Positions 1-10,984 of a stretch of DNA of 64,000 nt are shown in pieces. The DNA is from Octopus sinensis (taxonomy: Eukaryota). The notes beneath the pieces were generated by a model. The model saw nothing but the letters and a program-made list of their open reading frames with translations. It was not told the DNA's origin and did not search any database. The DNA lies in the NCBI RefSeq assembly GCF_006345805.1, contig NC_043009.1, forward strand, positions 25,730,001-25,794,000, read 5' to 3'. A program made the translations under genes and the position numbers. Within the stretch, counting starts at the first letter, position 1. Every line of letters begins with the position of its first letter.

Positions 1-498
1 TCAGTGATTTAAATTACAGTAATGTTGATGAAATTTTTAACTACTTAATTTAAAAAAAATTTTACTTAGAAAGAAAGGAAACCAATACCGTTTGAACTGT
101 ACAATAATTTTGCTTACGACCATTGTGCAACATACAAGTCAATCTAATGATATCCTGATTGTTATTATTCATTATCAGCGTAAATTTATAACAACAAAAA
201 AAAAACTTGTAGAAGTTTACGAAAGTATTATTACTAAAATAGAAGGCAAACATTTTCATCGAAATAACCAAATCTATACTTTTGAAAACATGTACTTTAA
301 GAAATTCGCGAAGAAGGAAGAATTAAGTTGTCAAAAATATCAGTAAGAAACAAAGTCGTGGGGCCGTAAAGTGTAGATGTACCTTTAGTGTTATTAGTAA
401 TGCGATGCCATGTGTTATTTATGAGATATGAATTGATATTTGAATTTCTGTGAACGACAAACCCAGACTGTTTAAGTTTAACAAAAGCATTAAGAATA

Positions 499-539
<41 letters not shown>

Positions 540-844
540 GCTATGCTGATGGAAATACATATTCAGGGCCTAGGTATTGCCGTCTGTATAAAAGCTTGTT
601 TTGCACCACGTGGTTTAAGTTTCAGCTCCATTGCGCGGCACGTTAGTCGAGTGGGACTGGGCACTGAACCATGTGGCTGGGACGCAAACTTTTTACCACA
701 GTCCTGTATATGTATGTATGTTCGTATCCCAAAACAAACAAACCACCAGAAAATGTCCAGTAACAACTTAAACAACACAATAACTGAATACTGGTTTCAA
801 ATTTTGGTACAAGGCCAGCAATTTCGATGGAGGGGTACAATCAA

Positions 845-1072
845 GTATCTATTTCTTTACTGCCCACAAGGGGCTAAACACAGAGGGGACAGACAAACGG
901 ATTAAGTCGATTACATCGTCTCCAGTGCGTAACTGGTACTTTATTTATCGACCCCGATAAGATGAAAGGCAAAGTCGACCTCGGCGGAATTTGAACTCAG
1001 AACGTAACGACGTACGAAATGCCGCTATGCATTTTGCCCGCCGTGCTAATAGTTCTGCCAGCTCGCCGCCTT
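845..1072 (-). mobile_element. tRNA-derived SINE family B (young copy)
   Basis: Reverse complement AAGGCGGCGAGCTGGCAGAA...GAGTTCAAATTCC (B box)...GCCTTTCATC...GTAAAGAAATAG; copies at 17503-17723(-), 37385-37615(+), 53376-53645(+), 57289-57519(+). Confidence 0.85.
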
Positions 1073-1509
1073 AAACACTAACTGAATATTAATCGATTAA
1101 GCAAGTATATATGATTGGTACAGATTTTTATCGCCCATTCCCCACTCCATAAGGACGCAACTGGAGGTTGACCTTTATAGCTTAGCGCTTTTTTCTTCTT
1201 GTTACGGTCATTGGACTGTGGCTAAGCTGGAACACCGCTTGAAAGGGTTTTAGTCGAATAAATCTACCTCTGTATGGTACTTATTTTATCAATCCCTTTG
1301 CCGGACCACTAGTTACGAGGACATAAACAAAACAGCACCGGCTGTCATGTGGTGGGTGTGTTAAACACAAAGCCACAAAAACCATGCTTGAAAAAGTCTT
1401 TTCGACTCTTAATTATTTGTAATAAAACTTCACTGAGCCTCAGTCTATTCGCTGTGTACATCTAGTTGACCTTCGCCCCCCCCCTGTTATATATACTTTT
1501 ATTTATATT

Positions 1510-1533
1510 CAGCGGAAGTAACAGAGTGACTCA
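1510..1533 (+). promoter_or_regulatory. Putative promoter motifs (ETS-like CGGAAGT, AP-1-like TGACTCA)
   Basis: cagcggaagtaacagagtgactca just before the candidate first exon; motif match only. Confidence 0.25.
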
Positions 1534-1587
1534 TGGTCCGAGAGCTTCGTGCGGTGGTATTTATGTACACGCTTATGCATTTTTTGG
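1533..1587 (+). CDS. Candidate first coding exon of the N4BP2-like gene (speculative)
   Basis: ATG at 1533, MVRELRAVVFMYTLMHFL+G then gtaaga; the phase-1 donor fits the phase-1 acceptor at 27492; preceded by CGGAAGT (ETS-like) and TGACTCA in CpG-rich DNA. Confidence 0.3.
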
Positions 1588-1801
1588 GTAAGATTCTTGA
1601 TATGTAATCGAGTGTTGAAACAGACGGTTAAATGGAATAATCAGGACGAGAGGAGATACGTGGGATATAGAATCACCGAAGAGGTCGCTAAAATAACCAT
1701 AATAATAAAGCAGCTGAAATGGAGACCAAATGTATAGAGTGTATGTTTAATTGGCAAAATACGATCATTGTTATGCTGGGAAATGGTCATATTTTGCCAG
1801 G

Positions 1802-2020
1802 AACTACGTGTGAATTGTTGGCGGTTTTTTTTCTCCGTTTTCCTTTTCTTTTGGACTTTCCTCTGTCTCCTGTTTCTGAAGAAGAGCTTTGCTCGAAACG
1901 TAAAGCTACCTTTGTTTCCTTCCCTGAGCGTCTGTTAAAACTTTGTATGTACCACGTCCTCGCGTTGTTGTTTTTTCTTTTTGTGCTTTTCTTCATTTTT
2001 TTTTGGTTCTCTCTCTTTCT

Positions 2021-2060
<40 letters not shown>

Positions 2061-2281
2061 AGAGAGAGCGAGAGAGAAAGAAATTCCCCACCCCCAAATG
2101 AAGAAAAACAACAACGCGGGGACATGGTACATGCATGCAAGGTTTTAACAAACGTTCAGGGAAGGAAAGAAAGTTAATTTTACGTTTCGAGTAAAGCTCT
2201 TCTTCAGAAACAGGAGACAGAGGAAAATCCAATAGAAAAGGAAGACGGAGGGGAAAAATCGCCAACGATCCACGTGTAGTT
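1802..2281. mobile_element. Inverted pair of about 180-bp Penelope-like pseudo-LTRs around (TA)n
   Basis: 1802-1980 is an imperfect reverse complement of 2098-2281; each arm has a hammerhead-like core. Confidence 0.6.
1872..1906 (+). ncRNA. Minimal hammerhead-like motif in Penelope-like inverted terminus (second copy on - strand about 2177-2211)
   Basis: GUUU-CUGAAGA-A-GAGC(UUU)GCUC-GAAA-CG-UA-AAGC. Confidence 0.6.
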
Positions 2282-2352
2282 ACATTTTGAATACACATAC
2301 ACACATATGTTTGTTTTGCAAGATTCTTGATTTGAAATCGTGTGTTGAAACA

Positions 2353-2618
2353 GATATTGTTGTATTTGGGAATGGTAATGTTGCCAGTTTAGCCAATAAA
2401 AACACACGTACTATATACTTGGTGTTCATTTGCTCCAGCTTTATTTTATATTAATCGTATTTCGGCCAGATAAGAAAGAAGAAAGCAAAGGACCACTGAT
2501 GAGGTCACGGAAGTGTGAGGAAAGAACTCTGATCGAAATACGATTAATATAAAATAAAAAGTGCGTGTGTTTTTATTGGCTAAACTGGCAACATGACCAT
2601 CCCCAACTACAACAATAT
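2353..2618. mobile_element. Fold-back Penelope-like terminus with degenerate CTGATGA...GAAA core
   Basis: 2353-2408 pairs with 2564-2618 and 2439-2464 with 2534-2558; adjoins (TA)n. Confidence 0.5.
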
Positions 2619-2635
2619 ATATATATATAAAGACT

Positions 2636-3110
2636 CAAGAGATTGAGACTCTATTCCTTAGAGCGTAGGCAAGAAAGATATGCCATAATATACATCTGGA
2701 AGATCCTAGAAGGACTTGTTCCAAACTTTGGCATCGAGAGTTACACAAATGCCAGAACTGGGCGCCACTGCATAGTGCCAAGGACTCCAAATTTGCCATC
2801 AAGATGTAGGACAAGATACTGTGATAGCCTGGGCTTCCGAGGCCCACAGCACTTCAATATCCTCCCGAAGAACCTAAGAGACCTGCATGGGGTGGATGCA
2901 GATGTCTTTAAAATGAAACTGGATCTCTTCTTGTCAGGTATCCCAGATGAACCAACTTCACGACAGGAGGTGCAGATGAGGGCAGCTGCATCGAACTCTC
3001 TCATGCACCAAATGGCAATTGCTAAAAAGCATTTGTGAAGTAAAATCATGCAGCAACATCAAATGGCGGTGCCCCAGCATGGCCACAGCTTGTGAGCTGA
3101 AACTAGATAA
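2636..3110 (+). mobile_element. 5'-truncated CR1-group LINE, ORF2 C-terminus and 3' UTR
   Basis: LYSLERRQERYAIIYIWKILEGLVP...GPQHFNILP...FKMKLDLFLSGIPDEP, typical CR1-like ORF2 tail; flanked by (TA)n. Confidence 0.85.
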
Positions 3111-5379
3111 TATATATATATATATATATGTATATTTATGGCCTTTTTCTAAACAGTATCCGTCTACAAATTCACTTTCAGGGTATTAGTCGACCCAGAG
3201 CTACAGTAGAAGATATTTGCCCAAAGTGGGACTTGAATGGAAACAATGTGGCTGCGAAGCGAACTCTTTCAATCACAGTCATGCTTGCTTCTTTGTAGTT
3301 TATTTATAGCTTTGATTAACTAATTATAATTCTTGTATTGGGTGGATTGTTTAAAGCGCGGGACAGAAAACCCAGACGGTATTTAGCAAATGACCTTTGC
3401 ATTCTGAGTTCGTATCTTGCCAGGCGGGGTCGACTTTAATTGTCCTCATTCCACAGGGCGGGGTGGGAGGGTCGATGGAACAAAGTAATCAGGGAAGTAC
3501 TTCTAGGTTCAATTTAAGATAATATAATTCTTATAAAGCAGACTCCGTGTGAATGGAATGTGGCCTTTGGCCAGCTCACCATTGACCTGCACAAAAGTGA
3601 GTTGGTTCATTGACAAAATGCTTAGCTATTCTAAACCAATCACCTCAGGCTCGCTACCTCCCCACAAAAGCCTTTTAGACGGGCAGCAACTGTGTTCCCT
3701 GCTGCGATCTGTGTCGCATGCATGCCTCTATTTATTGTATCTTTTACTTGTTTCAGTCATGTTTCAAACTGCAGCTATGCTCGGGCTGCACCATGAAAAA
3801 ATTTTTTAGTCTATCTACGTCTTTTACCGAACCGCTAAGTTGAGAGAGCGTAAACACACACACACACACACACACTATATATATATCGACCAAAGGTTTG
3901 AGACGATCCGAGGCTATAGTAGAAGATACTTGCCGAAGGTGCCACGCTGTGAGGAACCATGTGGTTAGGAAACAACTTTCTTACCACACAGCCACGGTAC
4001 ATTTGTTCTAATGTATTTCGTATAAAACATCTGACATAGTTTTTAACTACCCTTAGAGCATCATCGCCTGACAGTGTTTAGTCGAATAAATCAACTGCCG
4101 TATCAAGCCTGGTACTTATTATATATCGGATACTTTAGCCGAACCGCTACTTTACGGAGACGTAAACAAACGAACACAAGTAGCCAAGCAGTGGTGGTGG
4201 TGGGGGCAGTGCTGTCGTAAAGACGTGGGCAGACTGGGCCTTACGGGTGTGTGTGTGTGTGTGTTGCTATTTCTGATCTCTGTATGCCGTGTCCTGCTGT
4301 CAATAAATAAATACTATTGGACCCTCTGCATTTATTTGCCCGGGGGACTAATGCTGCTTCGACGGTCCTGGATATGGGCGCACATATACACATAAATTAG
4401 CTCTTCATTTAATACTAAGCATGGTGGCTCTTTTTGGGTAAATATATTCTGGCTGCTCACTATTAATAGTTAACCTGTTCATGAACAGTGTTTCATGGAT
4501 TACATTATCCAAAGTGATTTTTTTTTTCTTTTTAGGTCGGTAGATTGCTACCTGAGCGAAACTATGAGCCACTATTGGCAATACTTGGCCCCCCCCACAA
4601 AAATAAAAACTACCCTTAAAAAATTTTTTTTTTCGATACAAACCCCACTTTTCGGCTACGAATCTGCAAAACAATTGGCAAAAATCGACATTTCTAAATT
4701 ACCACCCCATTTACTTCATTTTTAAACTTTTTTCACGATTTTTGTTTCCAAAATATGCGGAAAAATACGGAGATTATGATTCTGAAAAAAATTTCCAAAA
4801 ATCTTTGTAAAACATATTTTAAGAATTTTTTTTCTTCTAAATATGCAGAAAAATATGGACATCATAATTCGGCCGAAAATTTCAAAACATTTCTGTACTT
4901 ACAATTACGATTTTAGGGTTAGTGTTGGGAAAAAAAAATGTCAAAATTGAATTTTCACAATGCCGATTTTTGGCAATTTTCTGGAACCTCCGTATCTGAA
5001 AAAATTACAAAAATAAGAGAAAATGGGGGCGGAAGTCTTTCCCTACTATTTTTATTACAAGTCGTTGGTTCTGTGTTAATATGGTGTATATCAGCTGAAA
5101 TGTTGTGTTAACAACAAACAAGATGACAAATATCTATCAAATGTAAATAATATACATAATTCCTCATCTTTTAAATATAGAACTGGATGATGATGATGTT
5201 CTACATTTATATAATAAAAACATTTTCCTTTGTTAGTTATGACAAACTCCTACAAATAAAGGACTTCATTTATTTCTCTCTGTTTCAAGTTTTTTTAAAA
5301 AAAAAAGTCACTTATGAGAGTTATCCAATTTCAGTCAGACAGTTAGCCCCATTATTCGTTACTCAATCAGGATTATAAA

Positions 5380-5418
<39 letters not shown>

Positions 5419-6777
5419 AATTTGTATTTCTTCTCATCTTTCCATTTGTTCTCTTGTTTTTAACAGCAGTTTTGCTAACAGTATTTGAACAGGGTCATTT
5501 GCTTGCTGTCCACCACAAAAGCATGTCCACACTTCTTGATATGCTCTTGATACGTTCCATGATCTTTGTTAAAAAAAAAGGCTCAGTTAGGTGGCGTTTC
5601 TTCCCAGTTCCCTGTGTAGTCATGTCCGGCTGTTTATTATTACTTCACTTGGAAACCAGTGGGGGTTGACATTTGGAAGAGTGTCCAGCTGCAGAAAACT
5701 GATCTAATGTTCTCTCATCTGACCTATGCAAGCATGGAAAAGTAGATGTGGTTGTGTGGTAAGAAGTTTGCTTCTCAACCACGTGGTCCTGGGTTCAGTT
5801 CCACCGTGTGGCACCTTGGACAAAGTGACTTCTACCATAGCCTAGGGTTGACCAAAACCTTGTGAGTGAATTTGGTAGATGGAAATTGAAAGAAGCTTGT
5901 CATATATACACACATATTTGTGTGTGTGCGTTTGACCTCCATGACGGCTTGTCAACTGGTGTTGGTTTGTTTATGTCCCTGTAAGTTAGCACTTTGGCAG
6001 AAGATACCGATAGAATAAGCGCCAGATTTTTAACAAAATAGTACTGTAGTCAATTCATTTGACTAAAATTCCCCAAGTCCAATGACTGATAAAAGATAAA
6101 AGATTAAAACAATTATTTTGGTGCTAGCTTAGTGTGTGGTCTGCCATAGAATCCATAGCCTATGCTGTGAAATTATCTGATCTGGGTTAGGATTAGGGTT
6201 AGACTGCAAGCTATAGTGTAAATGGCCAGGTAGACTTGCACACTAAAGTGGCTCTAATTATTTCTTTTCTGGTGTGGGTTGGATAGATTATAACAGTCTA
6301 TGTTATCTTACACTCCTAGGATCAGAGAAAACCACCCAATTTTGGTGTTATATATGTCTCCCTAGTGTAGACTGGGTGTTTTTTGGTGTACCACCAACAC
6401 TAGAGAAGTTCTCCTATGTGGGAGGAGTCCCACATAGTCCCTTCTACTCTGGAAAAAGTCCCTTCTGCTCTGTTTTACTTCTTATTCTTAGCTATTGCTC
6501 TCTGTGATGAATAACCTGTAATGCTTGTGGAGTTCAAGTCTAGCTCGTACGTTTATGTATATTGTGTTGAAGCTGTATATATTGAATATCGTTTCTCTTG
6601 ATCAGACATACATGTGTGTGTGTGTGTGTATGTGTGCACATGCGTATACACACACACACAATGTATACAGCAAAACATTGAAGCCACTTACTGTAGGTTG
6701 CCATGCAGTGGGACTGAACCCATAACCTTATGGCTAGGAAGCCAGCTTCTTACCACACAGCTATGCAGTTGTACGTG

Positions 6778-6994
6778 CAGTAATTCCTCGACTATTGCGG
6801 GCATTACGTTTCAAAACCTCTCACAGAAATAATTAAAATCTAAAAAAATATAAATACCTATTGGCCGTAGAAACCCACGATATACTGTGGAGTCCCTGAT
6901 ATAAATTTACATATATTAGCAAAAAAAAAAACCCCAAAAAACCGTGATGTACTGAGTGCACAATTGTTGAACTGCGATAAGGCGCGGGATTACT
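6778..6994. mobile_element. Tigger/pogo-like MITE
   Basis: TIRs CAGTAATTCCTCG... / ...CGCGGGATTACTG; a 62-bp derivative lies at 24630-24692. Confidence 0.6.
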
Positions 6995-8185
6995 GTGTAT
7001 TGCTTTCACGCAGGAAATAGAAAACCAGTGATAAAGTAAAACTCCAACTTGCGAGAGATATGCGCACACGTACACACACATTAATTACCTGTCACTGATG
7101 TCACTCGTATATATATATGATTGTGTGTGTGATAAATAATTATTGTTTACGTTTATATTCATTGTACTGTTATCAAGATCAATTTTTAGGTCAATTATAT
7201 ATATATTTATACACTTGTCCACTCACCTTTATTTTAAATACATGTGTGTGTGTGGGTTTATTTTTGAGCACCATTATATGACTGCGTAATTCATTATGTT
7301 CTATTTATTTAACTATATTAGACAAATAGATGGGTTTTTTTTTCTATTTCATCTTAAATATTAATTATGTCACAAACGAATACTTGTATTTATTATGAAA
7401 CCAGGTTGCCTTCAATGGGTCTTTTATTCAGTTATTAATTTACTAATTTCACTAGTCGGATTGTGACCATACTGGAGCACCACCTGAAGGATTTCTCTAA
7501 TCAACAGCATTGACGTCGGTGATTATTTTAAGTTTGGTGTTTATTTTGTTGAGTTTTGTTTACTGGGATTGTCGCTTGTGAGACCTGCCTTGGATGTCTG
7601 TTCTGACTCACTGCACTTTGTCACATGAGTGTGTCTCCTTGTCTTGGCATTGCTTACTACAGGTGGTGGCGTGGCTTTGTGGTAAGAAGTTTGCTTCCTG
7701 ACCACATTGTTCTGGGTTCAGTCCACTGAGTGGCACCTTGGGCAAGTGTCTTCTACTATAGTCTCGGGCCGACCAAAGACTTGTGAGTAGATTTGATTGA
7801 TGGAAACTGAAAGAAGCCCATTGTATTTATCCATATATATATATATAGGGTGTGTGTGTCTTTCCATCTGTGTTTGTCCTCTTCCACTGCTTGACAATGG
7901 TGTTGGTGTCCTTATGTCCCCATAAAATAGGGATTTGGCCCCAAAAAAGAAAAAAACTCAGAATAAGTACCAGGCATTAAAGAAAAAGTCCTGGGGTTGA
8001 TTTGTTTGACTAAAATCCTTTAAGGATATCATAGATAATATCTTTCACTATTAATTGAATTACTTAATAGAGATTATTTCTCTTAATTATATACATATGT
8101 TATTTATTGTGAAATTTGATTTACTATTGCTAAATTGAATTTTTCCTTGTAAGTCTGAAATTTTATATTCCCTACTATTATTAAT

Positions 8186-8251
<66 letters not shown>

Positions 8252-8934
8252 TGTGTATCTTGTGTCTGTGTTTGTCCCTCAATACCTCTTGAGAACCGGT
8301 GTTGGGTGTTTATGTCCTTGTAACTAGTAGTTTGGCAAAAGAGACCACTAGAATAAGTGCCAAACTTGCAAAAAAAAAAAGGAATAAGTACTGCTATCAT
8401 TTCACTCGACTAAAACTTCTTCAAAGTGGTGCCCCAGCATGGCCGCAGTCTAATGACTAACATGAGTAAAAGATATAAAGCATGTATACATGTTTCATAT
8501 ATCTCGTAGTTGTGGCCAATGCTGGCGTCATGTAACTGGCACCTGTGCCAGTGGCATGTAAAAGTTACCTTCCGAGTGTTGAACCTCGCAGAGGCAAGGT
8601 GGTCTATGTTGGTGGCTCATAAAAAGCATCGTTCAAGTGTTGGGCCTCAATGAGGAAATGACCAAGACCTTTGGCATTAAGCTGTGCTTGAGAAGAAGAC
8701 CCATCGAGCCAAGTAAAATTGTAGTCATGGCAAATACTCGTCATGAAAATGGCATCTGTGCCAGTGGCACGTAAAAGCACCCATTACACTCAGAATGGTT
8801 GGCATTAGGAAGGGCATCCAGTTGTAAAAACCATGCCAAATCAGATTGGAGTCTGGTGCAGCCTTCCAGCTTGCCATCACAGGTCAAACCAGCCAACCCG
8901 TAGACAATGGATGATGATGGTATACATGCATATA

Positions 8935-9850
8935 TTGGGTCATCCTATAAATAATGCAGTTTTTTTGTACTTCTTTTATTTTTCAAAATTAAGATAAACA
9001 AAGTTCTTTTGTAATCTAAAATATACTCTCCATTTTCTACAATGCTCTTCCATCTATCTGGTAGACTTGCAAGGCCCCTCTTCCAAAATTCATTTGTCTG
9101 TGACAAAAAATACTCCTCCAGCACTCTTCTGACGTTGTCTACAGAATTCATATTTTCTTCATTCAAATGATTTTGAAGACTGCAGAATAACTGATAATCA
9201 GATGGGGCAATGTCTGGCGAATATGGTGGGTGGGGCATCGTTTCCCATGCAAACTGCTCCAGCCTTTGGAATGTCATCCTTGCTGTATGTGGCTGAGCAT
9301 TATCCTGATGGAAGAACGTCTTTTGTCTTGAAACCCAAGATGGTTGTTTTCCTTCTAGTGCTGGCGTTGATGAATGGTTGAATGACCAAATCCAAGCTCT
9401 TTCCTAGTTCCTCAACAGTTATGAAGGGATTTTGTTCCACCAGGGTTTGTAGGACGTCCTCGTCAAGCTCTACAGATCTTCCATGATGAGGCTCATCTTC
9501 TAGGCTATGGTTTCTGGCTCAGAATTTCTGGAACCACCATTGACACTGGCTTATGCTTATTGTCCAATCCCCATATATTGCATTAATATTCCTCGCACTT
9601 TCCATTGCTTTGTTGCCTTTATTGAACTCATAAAGCAAAATTTGCCGAATATGCTCCTTTGTTATTTCCATTATAGCTTTGAAAAAATAACTGTTAAAAC
9701 TGAATTGCACTCTTCAAAACTTTCACTAAGAATAAGCACAAGGTAAAATTACTACCTGCTTTTATAGTAAAATGATTCAGGTAATTTATCCAGTCCCCTC
9801 CAACTTTTAGTTCATGCAATTGAAAAAAAACGTAATATTTACGGGATGAC

Positions 9851-9854
<4 letters not shown>
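8935..9854 (-). mobile_element. Internally deleted mariner (DD34D) transposon, transposase pseudogene
   Basis: TIRs TTGGGTCATCC.../...GGATGACCCAA with TA flanks; minus-strand HIRQILLYEF...QWWFQKF, QDNAQPHTA, PHPPYSPDIAPSDY; only about 920 bp. Confidence 0.92.
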
Positions 9855-9912
<58 letters not shown>

Positions 9913-10076
9913 GTTTCATGCATATATTTTTATATATATATATATAGAAAGAAGTAATTCAGTTGAATTAGGTACTTAAGCTAAGGCACCAAGTCAGTCT
10001 GGTACTATCTGCACAGCTCAAAGTTAGGTGAAGAAAAAGGAAATAAGTAACAAGGATGTCCTCGTTACTTATTTGC

Positions 10077-10117
<41 letters not shown>

Positions 10118-10527
10118 GGATCTTTTCGGTTTGAACGGCAGTTTTTCTAGCAGTGTCATATGAAATTGTCACCCATAATTACAACCCTAGTATCGATCTA
10201 TTGCATTTCAATGTATTTTAGGGTTAGGGGTGGGGGGAAGGTTCCTTTTTTTTTCTTCACAAATGTAAATAAACCCAATCTGTTTCTTAAACGAGGGACA
10301 TATTCATACGGCAGAGAACGTTGTTTACCTCAGTGGACGTCAGTGATTGGTTGAAATTGCAGAAACTGAAGAAAAAAACAACAAATATCTTACAAACTAT
10401 AGAATTTTCTCAATAAAACCAAGAGAAAAAGATGTTTTATAAACACATTCTACCAGTGTACGAAGTTTAAAATTTTTTAGTTACCTAGAAATTATGTTAA
10501 AAACTGCTGTTCAAACCGAAAAGATCC
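10118..10527. mobile_element. MITE inserted in (TA)n
   Basis: About 28-bp TIRs GGATCTTTTCGGTTTGAACGGCAGTTTT / AAAACTGCTGTTCAAACCGAAAAGATCC. Confidence 0.8.
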
Positions 10528-10914
10528 ATATATATATATATATTCTTTTTTTCTTCTATTCTTTTATTTGTTTCAGTTGTTTGACTGTGGCTATGCTGGA
10601 GCATCGCTTTTAGTTGAACAAATCGACTCTAGGACTTATTCTTTGTAAGCCTAGTACTTATTATATCGGTCTCTTTTGCCGAACTGCTAAGTTTTGGGGA
10701 TGCAAACTCACCAACGTCAGTTGGCAAGCAATGGTGGGGGCACACGCACACACACAAGGGCTTCTTTCAGTTTCCGTCTACCAAATCTACTCACAAGGCT
10801 TTCGTCGACCCAAGGCTATAGTAGAAGACACTTGCCCAAGGTAGCATGCAGTGGGACTGTACCCGGAACCATGTGGTTGGTAAGCAAGCTACTTACCACA
10901 CATCCATCCTTGCA

Positions 10915-10984
<70 letters not shown>

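Noticed and set aside
5454-5669. Unique sequence with acceptor-like sites, possible exon
   Set aside because: No recognisable peptide on either strand and no convincing phase-compatible donor
6180-6205. TTAGGG telomere-like motifs (also near 4915 and 10220)
   Set aside because: Only 2-3 degenerate units inside small MITE-like elements
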